A DNA stretch of 64,000 bases from Candidatus Omnitrophota bacterium (GCA_016198905.1 JACQHR010000002.1:1418-65417), one strand, 5' to 3'. Counted from the stretch's first letter, positions 17,640 to 26,783 are shown. The notes: generated by a model from the sequence alone, not told the origin. A program made the numbers and translations.

Positions 17640-18905
17640 ATGCCCGCCACCAGTTCTCCTCGCCATTTCGCCGATGCGCTGCATGTCCGTGACATCCGCT
17701 TCTTTCTCGCCGCGGTGGCCTTCTTTACGCTGGCCAGCCGCGCGACACTCGTCATCATCGGGTTTCAGATTTACTCCATCGCGCGTCACCCGGCCGCCCT
17801 CGGATTGCTCGGACTCGTGGAGGCCATTCCCGCGATCTCGCTGGTGCTCTTTGGCGGACACGTGGCCGACCATTTCAATCGGCGAAAGATTCTGCTCACG
17901 ACGCGAGCCGTCTCGTGCGTGTGCGCCCTCGCGCTGGCTGCGCTGTCCTGGCACAGCCACCACGCGTCGCTGCTGGGACTGTACGCGGTCATTTTCATGG
18001 CGGGCATCGCGCGCGGGTTTGCCGATCCGGCGGGGACCGCCTTCGAAGCGCAAGTCGTCCCCAAACATCTGACGGTGAATGCCGCGTCGTGGGTCAGCAG
18101 CACGTGGATCAGCTGCGCGGTGCTGGGGCCGGCGATGGTCGGGTTTCTCTACGCCTGGTGGGGCGCAGCCCGGGCGTATCTGCTGATCGCCGCGCTCTTC
18201 GTCATCTCATGGGGGTGCATGTGGTTGATCGGCCCGAAACCCCAACCGAAACCCACCACCGTCGAGCCGCTCTTGAAGAGCATCGGCATCGGCTGGCGAT
18301 TTGTCTTCGCGCACCAGCCGCTATTGGGCGCGATGACCCTGGATTTGTTTGCGGTGCTCTTTGGCGGCACGATGGCGCTGCTGCCGATCTATGCCGAAGA
18401 TATTTTGCGCGTCGGCGCCAAAGGGTTGGGCATGTTGAACGCGGCTCCGTTTCTCGGCGCGCTGATCACCACCCTCGTGGCGACGCACCGTCCGCCCATT
18501 GTTCGAGCCGGACGTAATCTGCTCTTCGCGGTGGCGGGATTCGGCGTGAGCATCATCGTCTTCGCGTTCTCAAAGCACTTCTGGTGGTCGATGGCGGCTC
18601 TCTTTGCCAGCGGCGTCTGTGATGGCGTCAGCATAGTCATCCGTCGCTCGATGGTGCGCCTGCTCTCGCCGGATGCGCTGCGCGGCCGCATCGCCGCCGC
18701 CAACTGGGTCTTCATCAGCGCCTCCAATGAATTGGGCGCGTTTGAAAGCGGGATGGTCGCAGCGCTCATCGGCACGATTCCCTGTGTCGCGGTGGGCGGA
18801 CTCATCACCCTGGGCGTGGTGGCGACGGTCGCCAGCGTTGCGCCGCAACTGCGGCGGCTGGCCTTCGATGTCCACACGCTCGAGCACCAAGCCGCTGCAG
18901 GCTGA
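17640..18905 (+). CDS. MFS transporter (EntS/YbdA-like efflux family)
   Basis: Twelve predicted TM segments with an MFS-type loop 2-3 motif. Confidence 0.75.
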   Translation: MPATSSPRHFADALHVRDIRFFLAAVAFFTLASRATLVIIGFQIYSIARHPAALGLLGLVEAIPAISLVLFGGHVADHFNRRKILLTTRAVSCVCALALAALSWHSHHASLLGLYAVIFMAGIARGFADPAGTAFEAQVVPKHLTVNAASWVSSTWISCAVLGPAMVGFLYAWWGAARAYLLIAALFVISWGCMWLIGPKPQPKPTTVEPLLKSIGIGWRFVFAHQPLLGAMTLDLFAVLFGGTMALLPIYAEDILRVGAKGLGMLNAAPFLGALITTLVATHRPPIVRAGRNLLFAVAGFGVSIIVFAFSKHFWWSMAALFASGVCDGVSIVIRRSMVRLLSPDALRGRIAAANWVFISASNELGAFESGMVAALIGTIPCVAVGGLITLGVVATVASVAPQLRRLAFDVHTLEHQAAAG

Positions 18906-18940
18906 CCTAACCTTTACACCGACACGCGCTGGCGAAGCCT

Positions 18941-20128
18941 ATGCAGATCTTTGATGTGATCGTCATCGGGGCAGGAGCCGCGGGGATGATGTGCGCGATG
19001 CAGGCGGGCCGTCGAGGCCGCCGGATCATCCTGCTCGAACACGCCAGCGTGATCGGCAAGAAACTTCGCATCTCCGGCGGCGGCCGGTGCAACTTCACGA
19101 ACCTTAACGCTGGACCCGAGCACTACGTGTCAGCCAACCCGGATTTTTGCCGCTCGGCGCTGTCCCGCTATACGCCCGAGGACTTCATTGCACTCGTGCG
19201 GGCGCACGGCATCGCGTTCCATGAGAAAACGCTTGGGCAGCTCTTCTGCGATCACTCGGCGCAGCAGATCATTGACATGCTCGTCGAGCAATGTCGCACC
19301 GCTGGCGTAACGATGAGGCTGGACTGTCGCGTGCGTACGGTGGAGAAGACGCATCACTTCATCGCGAAGACCACCCAAGGAGACTACGCGGCACCGTCAC
19401 TCGTGATTGCTACCGGCGGACTGTCGTTGCCGAAGGCCGGCGCCACGGACTTTGGATATCGCATCGCCAAGCAATTCGGTCTGCGGATTATCGAGACAGC
19501 TCCCGCGCTGGATGCCTTTGTGTTCGCCGCGCAAGACGCGCAGTGCTTTGAGGGACTGGCGGGCGTGTCGATGCCGGCTATCGTCAGCTGCAACGGAGCG
19601 AGCTTTCGTGAGGCGATCTTGTTGACGCATACCGGGTTGAGCGGCCCCGCGGCGTTGCAGGCCTCGTTATATTGGCGTTCCGGCGACATGGTGCATGTGG
19701 ATCTGCTGCCGGAGACGACTCTGGAAGCACTGATGCGCTGGTTCGCGCAGCAACAATCGAGCGGATCGCGCGCCGAGATCAAAACGCTCCTGGCCGAACG
19801 AGTGCCACAACGCATCGCGGAGCGATTCTGCGAACTGCATCGCGTCACAAAGAAACCGCTGGCACAGCAATCGGCCGAAGCGATCACGGCGCTCTGCCGC
19901 GGCCTGAAGGACTGGCGGTTCACGCCACGCAGCACCGTTGGCTATCGGACGGCCGAGGTGACGCGTGGCGGCGTCGATACGCGCGAACTCTCCTCGAAGA
20001 CCATGGAATCCCACAAGGTGCCCGGCCTGTACTTCATTGGCGAAGTGGTGGACGTGACCGGCTGGCTTGGGGGCTACAACTTTCAGTGGGCGTGGGCGTC
20101 TGGGTGGGCAGCGGGCCAAGCCGTCTAG
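18941..20128 (+). CDS. HI0933/BaiN-like NAD(P)/FAD-dependent oxidoreductase (aminoacetone oxidase family)
   Basis: VIVIGAGAAGMMCA Rossmann motif and GGGRCNFTN, both family signatures. Confidence 0.85.
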   Translation: MQIFDVIVIGAGAAGMMCAMQAGRRGRRIILLEHASVIGKKLRISGGGRCNFTNLNAGPEHYVSANPDFCRSALSRYTPEDFIALVRAHGIAFHEKTLGQLFCDHSAQQIIDMLVEQCRTAGVTMRLDCRVRTVEKTHHFIAKTTQGDYAAPSLVIATGGLSLPKAGATDFGYRIAKQFGLRIIETAPALDAFVFAAQDAQCFEGLAGVSMPAIVSCNGASFREAILLTHTGLSGPAALQASLYWRSGDMVHVDLLPETTLEALMRWFAQQQSSGSRAEIKTLLAERVPQRIAERFCELHRVTKKPLAQQSAEAITALCRGLKDWRFTPRSTVGYRTAEVTRGGVDTRELSSKTMESHKVPGLYFIGEVVDVTGWLGGYNFQWAWASGWAAGQAV

Positions 20129-20282
20129 GGGCTCTCAGTATACCTGACCTCTCCGACGAGATTCCGATTGCCCGACGAGAAAAAGCCTGCTAGAGTAATG
20201 GCGTACCTTCAGTCTCAATGAGCCGCGGGGCTGCGCACTATTGGCCCGCGGCGTTTGTCTTCGTCCACCACCTGGAGGCCTC

Positions 20283-20519
20283 ATGGCCAAAGAAGAAGCG
20301 ATTGCGGTTGAGGGAAAAATCATCGAGCGATTGCGCAACTCGCGCTTTCGTGTTGAGCTCGCCGGCGGACATCAGGTGCTGGCCTACGTCTCAGGCAAGA
20401 TGCGCCGCTTCTCCATCAAGATGTTGGAAGGCGATACGGTGCAGTTGATGCTCTCCCCATACGACCTGACACAGGGGCGCATCACGTACCGAGGCTCAGC
20501 TCCCACCCGAGTCTCCTAA
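20283..20519 (+). CDS. infA: Translation initiation factor IF-1, with a ~8-aa C-terminal extension
   Basis: [69 protein letters not shown] is the S1-like IF-1 fold. Confidence 0.85.
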   Translation: MAKEEAIAVEGKIIERLRNSRFRVELAGGHQVLAYVSGKMRRFSIKMLEGDTVQLMLSPYDLTQGRITYRGSAPTRVS

Positions 20520-20530
20520 CGAGTCCGATC

Positions 20531-20902
20531 ATGCGCATCACGAAGAAAGAGCGCGTCGCATGGGTTGAAGGCCCCGTCAATCGAGCCGCCGACCACGTCA
20601 GCGTCTCCTACGGTGAAGCGGACAAAGCCGTGGCCTTAGTCGCCCCGCACGCCCGCAAAGGCTTCAGAGTGCAGTTCTTACTCAGGGCGCGGCACACGGA
20701 TGCGCGAGTCAACCGCATTCTCGATGAGGTTCGACGCGAGCTGACCTTCTACCTTCTGGACGTGGTGGGACCGGACTCCTGGCCGTTCGTGCAGTACCAT
20801 TGCGACACCCCGGCGAATCGCCGCTCGCGCGTGCATTGGCGCTGGCACCCGCACGCCGCCGCGACACGGCCCCGCAAGAAGTCGCGCGCGCTCTCAGCGT
20901 AA
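20531..20902 (+). CDS. Hypothetical protein
   Basis: ORF with a plausible start immediately after infA. No recognisable motif. Confidence 0.35.
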   Translation: MRITKKERVAWVEGPVNRAADHVSVSYGEADKAVALVAPHARKGFRVQFLLRARHTDARVNRILDEVRRELTFYLLDVVGPDSWPFVQYHCDTPANRRSRVHWRWHPHAAATRPRKKSRALSA

Positions 20903-20981
20903 GACCCGCAGTCGCATTCCGTTCCCCCGCCGGCACTACACCTGCTTTACCCCCACATTGTTGCCGCCGCATGCCGGATGC

Positions 20982-21010
20982 TAGACCCGCTCCATCGTCG
21001 GTGGTATAGT
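20982..21010 (+). promoter_or_regulatory. Candidate sigma70 promoter (TAGACC-17-TATAGT) upstream of the OmpR/HK pair
   Basis: TATAGT at 21005-21010, with a weak -35 seventeen bp upstream. Confidence 0.3.
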
Positions 21011-21062
21011 GCGCATGACGGTAGGCGGTCAGAGGACGCGGCAAAGAGACGGAGTCTCACCC

Positions 21063-21764
21063 ATGCGGATTCTGGTTGTAGAAGACGACGCGCGCATCGC
21101 CAGCTTCATTCGTCGAGGGCTGCGCGAAGAGCAGTACACCGTTGACGTCGCCGCAGACGGAGACGCCGGGCTGTTTATGGCGCAGACGAACGACTACGAT
21201 CTCATCCTGCTCGACGTGCTCCTCCCGAAGCGCTCCGGACTCGAGGTGCTGCGTGCCCTGCGCGCGGAGAAGGCCGGCGTGCCGATCTTGCTGCTGACCG
21301 CGAAGGACCGCGTCGCAGACAAAGTCGCCGGGCTCGACGACGGCGCCGACGATTACCTGGCTAAGCCCTTTGCCTTCGATGAGCTGCTCGCGCGGGTTCG
21401 CGCCTTGCAGCGACGACGCGGAGACATGATCCCCACCGTGCTGCGGGCCGGGGACTTGGAGCTGGACGCCCTGCGCCAGCGCGTGACGCGCAAGGGGCGC
21501 GAGCTCATTTTGACGGGCCGCGAATACGCGCTGCTGGAGTTCTTGTTGCGCCACCCCAACCAGGTCGTGACGCGCACGATGCTCGCGGAGCACGTCTGGG
21601 AGCACGACTTCGATCCGTTCTCCAACGTCATCAATGTCCACGTGGCCAGGCTGCGGCAAAAAATTGATGAGGGATTCTCCCCGAAGCTGCTGCAGACCGT
21701 GCGCGGCAAAGGGTACCTGCTGCAAGCTCCGGTGTCTTCAGAGCGAGCCCGTCGCACCGCGTAA
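21063..21764 (+). CDS. OmpR-family response regulator (CusR/CopR-like)
   Basis: Receiver domain (MRILVVEDD...DLILLDVLLP...LTAKD) plus a winged-helix trans_reg_C output domain. Confidence 0.9.
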   Translation: MRILVVEDDARIASFIRRGLREEQYTVDVAADGDAGLFMAQTNDYDLILLDVLLPKRSGLEVLRALRAEKAGVPILLLTAKDRVADKVAGLDDGADDYLAKPFAFDELLARVRALQRRRGDMIPTVLRAGDLELDALRQRVTRKGRELILTGREYALLEFLLRHPNQVVTRTMLAEHVWEHDFDPFSNVINVHVARLRQKIDEGFSPKLLQTVRGKGYLLQAPVSSERARRTA

Positions 21765-21816
21765 CGCGCGTCACCGCGCGCAATCCCGGACGTCCGGGAT
21801 GCTAAAGAGGCGACCC

Positions 21817-23304
21817 ATGATTCGTTCGATCCGCGTCACCCTCAACCTGTGGTATGTCGCGATCCTCGCGCTGATTCTCGGCTTGTTCAGCGTGTTGTTC
21901 TACGTGAGCGCGGCCGCGAACCTCTCGCAGGATGTCGATAAGACGCTGGCCTTGCAGGCGGACGGGATCGCCGACACCGTGTTCGCGTTCTGGCGAGCGG
22001 AGCGCGCTTCTACAGGGACCGGTCCGGGCAATTGGCAAGCTGCACCCGCGCAAACCTTCGAAGGGGAGATCAATCAAGGGGGATTGCCGGCACTCCTCGG
22101 CCGGTGGGCGCAAAAGACGGGCAATCTGGAAACGGAACACCCGGTGCGGCTGCTCGATAGTAATGGGCAACCGTTGGGCGCTTCTCCGAGTTTTCCCCCC
22201 GCCATCACCCAGCTGAATCACGGCGTCATGGCGCAGGTGCAGCAGAAGCACGCGGTCTATGTGACGGTCCCCAACCCGGATGTTCGCATTCGCTTGATCA
22301 CGCATCCGGTCGTGAGTGGGAGCGGCCGCGTCCTCTACTGCGTGCAGGTGGCGGCGAGCCTCCACAACGTCGATGCCTCGTTGGCAAAATTGCGGTTTTG
22401 GCTGCTCATCCTCGTGCCCTCCATGTTGCTCGTGACGAGTTCGGTGGGGTGGACGCTGGCGTCCGCCGCGCAAGGACCGATCCGGCAAGTGATCGTTCAA
22501 GCCAGGCAATTCATCGCCGAGTCGCTCCATGAGCGGCTCGACGCTCCGCACGCCAGCGATGAAGTGGAAGAGCTGGGCACGACCTTCACCGAAATGGTGG
22601 AGCGGCTCGAGCGCGCCTTGCGTCGACTGCGCCAATTCAGCGCGGCCGCTTCCCACGAACTGCGCACCCCGCTCACGGTCATGAAAGGGGAGGTCGAGGT
22701 GGCGCTGCGCCGGTCGCGCAGCGCGGAGGAGTATCAGCGCGTGCTGCGCACCCACCTCAACGCCATTGATGAAATGGCGCAAACCGTCGAGGAGCTCTTA
22801 CGCCTGGCTCAGACCGAGGCCGCGGAAGGCGAGGCCGAGTGGCGCGCCGTCGACCTCGGCACGGTGGCCCAACGCGTGCGCGACACGATGGCGCGCCTCG
22901 CCCGCGTGAAAGCGACGCGAATCGAAGTGGCCGCTCTGGAGCCGGTGTGGGTGCGAGGCGACCCGCGGCTCCTGGAACGGCTGCTCACCAATCTCGTGGA
23001 GAACGCCACGAAGTACAGCCCCCCGAAAAGCCTCATCACGATCCTGGCTGAACGGCGCGGCGCCGAAGCCTCGCTCATTGTTCAAGACGCCGGCCCCGGC
23101 ATCGCCCCGGAACGCATGCCGCAGCTCTTCGACCAGTTCTTTCATCGACGGACGACCGACACCCATCCGCAGTCCACCGGCCTTGGCCTGGGTTTGTGCC
23201 GGTGGATTACGGAGCTCCATCACGGCCAGATTGACGTGGCCAGCGTCCCAGGCCGCGGCACGATTTTTGCCGTGCGCTTTCCGCTCACCGCCCCACCCGC
23301 CTAG
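21817..23304 (+). CDS. Sensor histidine kinase (periplasmic sensor, HisKA, HATPase_c)
   Basis: Two TM segments around a ~200-aa periplasmic domain, an H-box (SHELRTPLT) and N/G boxes. RBS AAAGAGG. The TAG stop lies within the MITE TIR. Confidence 0.85.
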   Translation: MIRSIRVTLNLWYVAILALILGLFSVLFYVSAAANLSQDVDKTLALQADGIADTVFAFWRAERASTGTGPGNWQAAPAQTFEGEINQGGLPALLGRWAQKTGNLETEHPVRLLDSNGQPLGASPSFPPAITQLNHGVMAQVQQKHAVYVTVPNPDVRIRLITHPVVSGSGRVLYCVQVAASLHNVDASLAKLRFWLLILVPSMLLVTSSVGWTLASAAQGPIRQVIVQARQFIAESLHERLDAPHASDEVEELGTTFTEMVERLERALRRLRQFSAAASHELRTPLTVMKGEVEVALRRSRSAEEYQRVLRTHLNAIDEMAQTVEELLRLAQTEAAEGEAEWRAVDLGTVAQRVRDTMARLARVKATRIEVAALEPVWVRGDPRLLERLLTNLVENATKYSPPKSLITILAERRGAEASLIVQDAGPGIAPERMPQLFDQFFHRRTTDTHPQSTGLGLGLCRWITELHHGQIDVASVPGRGTIFAVRFPLTAPPA

Positions 23305-23592
23305 AGCCCATCCCCACACCTCGCGCGAACCGCGTTGCGCGCGCCAGCCGGCCAGCTACAAGGAACGACGACGAAGCTGTACCCCCCCCGTGGTACTGCG
23401 AGGAGGAGTGACGCCGTAGATGGCCGGCTGCCGCCGCAACCCCTGGTCTGCCAACTGGCTGGGCCGATCTGCGTCGGCCCGCGGCGTTGCTCGTCGCTTG
23501 CGTACTCGGCTGCGCGTACGCCACACTCCTCGCGCCTTGCGGCCCTCGCATCTCGGCCCAGCGCGGCCGCGGGAGGTGTGGGGATGGGCTCT
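23302..23592. mobile_element. MITE-like element copy 2 (~291 bp), with 21-bp TIRs and flanking TA
   Basis: Left TIR TAGAGCCCATCCCCACACCTC (23302-23322) and right TIR GAGGTGTGGGGATGGGCTCTA (23572-23592) are perfect inverted repeats. The internal core is ~75-90% identical, in reverse orientation, to 38211-38457. Confidence 0.55.
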
Positions 23593-23630
23593 AACGTCCC
23601 GGTTTTTCCCGCACCGATCCTAACGAACTT

Positions 23631-23657
23631 GTAACCGAAAAGTTACGAGCCCGTAAT
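23631..23657 (+). promoter_or_regulatory. ECF-sigma-like promoter motif copy B (GTAACC-N15-CGTAAT)
   Basis: GTAACCGAAAAGTTACGAGCCCGTAAT, ~145 nt upstream of the 23804 gene. Confidence 0.35.
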
Positions 23658-23803
23658 CCCCCTTTCGGTACGCTGATGCCATCACGAGACGCGGTGTAAC
23701 CCGGAGATGTCTCGTTCATACAAGAGGAGGTGACGGCCGATGAAGGCGTAGCGCGATACTTCGGGGCCATACCGTACGCATCAAGACGTCTAACCAATGG
23801 AGG

Positions 23804-24278
23804 CATGACGCACATGACTACTCGACGGATCGCCACACGATGGACTCTCGGGATCGTGACACTGCTGGCATTGGGCCTCACCCATGGAGCCTACGTAGCG
23901 GCCCAGATGGCCAACGCTCCAGCCACCCTGCAACAGATCTCGGGAAAGATCACGGCGATTGATGTGCAACACGGTGCCGTGAAGCTCCAACCCTTAACGA
24001 TGGGCGCTACCCCCGCCCCGTCGGCCGAACAGCCGACGACCTTCGTGGTGGGCGAGGACACGCGCATCTCCAGGGGCCTCAAGCAAGCCGAGCTGGAGGA
24101 GCTGAAAGTCGGGGATCACGTGAAGATCGACTACGCCAAGCAAGGAGGCAAGAACGTGGCGCAGGCCATCATCGTGCAAGGATCAGCGGCGGAAGAAGGC
24201 GCGCCCAGAGCTGAGAAGGCGCCGTCGAAGACGTCGCTTCCCGAACCAGGATCGCCTCAGCGTTCTCCTGGGCGCTGA
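23804..24278 (+). CDS. Periplasmic/membrane-anchored hypothetical protein, paralog of 13207..13656
   Basis: RBS GGAGG. N-terminal TM. ISGKITAIDVQHGAVKL...ELKVGDHVKIDYAKQGGKNVAQAIIV aligns with the 13207 protein. Confidence 0.55.
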
Positions 24279-24354
24279 CCACCGGAGAAGAGGGTGGCGC
24301 CGCGGACGCCTGTTCGCGGCGCCCCCCGCTCTCTCAACGAAGAGGAGCGTGTGA

Positions 24355-24720
24355 ATGCGGAACCTCATGATCATGGGAATGACCGCGTGTGCGTTGGCGC
24401 TGACCGGGTGTGAATCCATGGGCACGGCCGCCCAATCGAAAACGGTGCAGGGTGCCGCGTTGGGCTCGGCGCTGGGCGCCGGAACCGGGGCGATTATCGG
24501 CAACCAGACCGGGCACGCAGGCGCCGGCACGGCCATTGGCGCGGGGCTTGGCGCGCTGGGCGGCGGCATGGTGGGGCACGGCATGGAGGAACAGTCGGCC
24601 CAGGCGGCTCCCGCCGAGAGCAAGACGAAATTCTGTCCCGTCGGCGGAGAGTTGTATGACGAACAGGTGAAGTACTGCCCCATTCACGGCGTCGAGCTCA
24701 AATACAGAGACACGCGGTAA
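24355..24720 (+). CDS. Glycine-zipper lipoprotein with a C-terminal CPxGG...YCPxHG motif (paralog of 38493..38900)
   Basis: Lipobox LALTGC, a glycine-zipper stretch (GAALGSALGAGTGAIIG...GAGLGALGGGMVG), then KFCPVGGELYDEQVKYCPIHGVEL. Confidence 0.65.
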   Translation: MRNLMIMGMTACALALTGCESMGTAAQSKTVQGAALGSALGAGTGAIIGNQTGHAGAGTAIGAGLGALGGGMVGHGMEEQSAQAAPAESKTKFCPVGGELYDEQVKYCPIHGVELKYRDTR

Positions 24721-24797
24721 TTCAGACGGTGCAGGTGTGTACGGTCCGGGTCAATCGGATGGTGTGGCGGAGCAAGCGACCTTCGGGAGGATGCGAT

Positions 24798-25085
24798 ATG
24801 AGCGAAGTGATCTGGCCCATGATAGAGGAAGAAGGAGCGCGAGCGTCGGTGCGTGCACCGCGCCCCTCGCTGATGACGCCGTTAGGGGTCATCGAGGGAG
24901 AAGTTCTGACGTACCTCGACCGCCACGGGAGCGCCACCTTGCGGCGGCTCAATCAAGAGCTGCGATGGCCGGCGTACATGGTGATGATGGCGGTGGGGGC
25001 GTTGATTCGCACGGGTCTGGTGCGGGGCATTCAGCACGAGCTTGAAGTGGTTATCAGATTGCGGAAACCCTTATACGAGTTCTAG
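24798..25085 (+). CDS. Small winged-helix-like DNA-binding protein (putative regulator)
   Basis: RBS GGGAGG. The helix-turn-helix-like segment GSATLRRLNQELRWPAYMVMMAVGALIRTGLV is inferred from pattern only. Confidence 0.45.
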   Translation: MSEVIWPMIEEEGARASVRAPRPSLMTPLGVIEGEVLTYLDRHGSATLRRLNQELRWPAYMVMMAVGALIRTGLVRGIQHELEVVIRLRKPLYEF

Positions 25086-25110
25086 GCATCAACGCGACGC
25101 GGAGGCAGAC

Positions 25111-25611
25111 ATGAACGCCCTCAATCGCTTGAAAGCAGAGCATCGTCGCTTGTTGTCGATAATGGCGGCACTTGAGTCCGCGCTGGCGATGGGCACCTCC
25201 GCCTGGTTCGTGCTGCGCCAAATCTGTTTCTCGGTCTCCAAGCAGTTGAATGAGCACGTCAGAGGCGAGGAACAGTTGCTCACGGTCTGTTATCGCGTGC
25301 TGCGCCAAGTCGACGCGGAAGACGATCCGCAGCTCACCGCAGCCCACAAGGACGCGTCCGAGCAGCTCCAACACATCACGCAGTCTCTCTGGATGGGGAC
25401 GGAGACATCAATCGAAGACGTGCGCCCTCGCTTGACGCGCGTGCTGGCCACCGTGCGGTATCAGATGCACGAACAGGAAGCCCGCGTGTTCCCATGGCTT
25501 GAGCGCGTGATGGGCCTGGCGTGGGTGCTGCAGCTTCGGCCGCTCGGTGAGGCGCCAAGCCTCACGGTGGCGAGTCCCTCGCTCGAGCGATCAACGGCGG
25601 ATTCACCGTAG
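25111..25611 (+). CDS. Hemerythrin-like (HHE cation-binding) domain protein
   Basis: LKAEHRRLLSIM...QLNEHVRGEEQLL...HEQEARVFPWLE shows the H/E-rich spacing typical of hemerythrin-like domains. RBS GGAGG. Confidence 0.55.
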   Translation: MNALNRLKAEHRRLLSIMAALESALAMGTSAWFVLRQICFSVSKQLNEHVRGEEQLLTVCYRVLRQVDAEDDPQLTAAHKDASEQLQHITQSLWMGTETSIEDVRPRLTRVLATVRYQMHEQEARVFPWLERVMGLAWVLQLRPLGEAPSLTVASPSLERSTADSP

Positions 25612-25653
25612 AGCACGCGTCGCAACTGATGGAGGATCTCACAGAACAACGTT

Positions 25654-25680
25654 GTCACCAAAACGTTACGGGCTCGTTAC
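25654..25680 (+). promoter_or_regulatory. ECF-sigma-like promoter motif copy C (GTCACC-N15-CGTTAC)
   Basis: GTCACCAAAACGTTACGGGCTCGTTAC, ~90 nt upstream of the OMP gene. Confidence 0.35.
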
Positions 25681-25771
25681 GTTTGCTGACTACACTGGAC
25701 GCGCACCTGAGGACAGCCGAAGCGGAAGGCTGTCGAGACAGAGAGCGATCGGCAACACAGAGGAGGATCCG

Positions 25772-26380
25772 ATGAACACGGCACAGCGAGTCGGGATCGT
25801 CGGGGTCACGGTCGTCGCGGCACTTGTGGCGGGAAAACTGTGGGCGCAATCGCCGACGCCACCTGCGCCTGAGTTGACTACGGCCGAACGCGCTCCCGCG
25901 CCTGAGCCCTTGCCGCAACCTCGCGGGTCTTCAGCCGCGGAGTTGCCCACGAGCTCGTGGTCGGGAGGCAGCTCGGTGGGCATCTTGGGATCCACACCGG
26001 ACGGGACGGCCTTCACGATGAACGGGAATGCGGAGTACTTCGTCAACCCGCATGTCTCCATCGGCCCGCTGGCGCAGGTGGCGTTTACCGGGGACATGGT
26101 GCAGGTCGGGCTCTCCGGGCAAGGGAAGTACTACATCGATCTGCCCGGGACCAACAATCGAGGAAAAGTGTCGTTGCAAAGCGGTGTCGGGTTCATACAC
26201 TCCAGTTTTCGTGACGGAGATACGTCGTGGCTCGTGCCGCTCGGGGTGGGGTATGACTACACGCTGGACTCCGGGGCCATTTTAACCGCGACCTCGCTCG
26301 TCAATTTCACGGACCTTCACACCGGTGGAGGCTCGGGGGCGGATGTCATGCCGGGCTTTGCCTTCGGCGTGCGCTTCTAG
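25772..26380 (+). CDS. Outer-membrane beta-barrel protein (OmpA/OmpW-like small barrel)
   Basis: Signal peptide, alternating amphipathic beta strands, and a C-terminal aromatic residue (GFAFGVRF). Confidence 0.65.
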   Translation: MNTAQRVGIVGVTVVAALVAGKLWAQSPTPPAPELTTAERAPAPEPLPQPRGSSAAELPTSSWSGGSSVGILGSTPDGTAFTMNGNAEYFVNPHVSIGPLAQVAFTGDMVQVGLSGQGKYYIDLPGTNNRGKVSLQSGVGFIHSSFRDGDTSWLVPLGVGYDYTLDSGAILTATSLVNFTDLHTGGGSGADVMPGFAFGVRF

Positions 26381-26510
26381 CTCGCGCACGGCATGATGCC
26401 GGGACAGGCCTCTGTGTAGGTCACGCGGCAGAGTCCCAGGAGGGGGGCGATCTCACCCGTCATATGGCAGAACAAGAGCTGAAGCTCTTTCCGTTCATGG
26501 AGGAGGACCG

Positions 26511-26714
26511 ATGGACCAATTGGTGCAAGTGACGACAGCGTGCTTCTGCTTGTTTGGGATGGAGTTGACGTCGGATAAGGCGGGGTACGCCAGGCCAGCG
26601 GGGGCGAGATATGGGTGCGGGCCAACACTTCGTTCAACACAACGCGTTGCGTTTCAGCCCAACGGTTTGGCCGGGTGGCGTTTGCGCTTGTGTCAGCTGC
26701 GCTCAGCGATCTAA
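26511..26714 (+). CDS. Possible small protein (67 aa) in the otsA leader region
   Basis: A strong RBS GGAGGAGG lies 4-5 nt upstream of the ATG. No homology is recognised, so this is speculative. Confidence 0.2.
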   Translation: MDQLVQVTTACFCLFGMELTSDKAGYARPAGARYGCGPTLRSTQRVAFQPNGLAGWRLRLCQLRSAI

Positions 26715-26783
26715 AATAAAGCCCAGCGTGCAGGCCTCGCCGCGGAGTCGCACGCCATGACCGGCCAAGACGGAGGACCTTCC

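Noticed and set aside
26640-26680. 10-bp palindrome CAACGCGTTG in the otsA leader as a regulator binding site
   Set aside because: A single short palindrome with no second copy in the window. It could be chance in GC-rich DNA.
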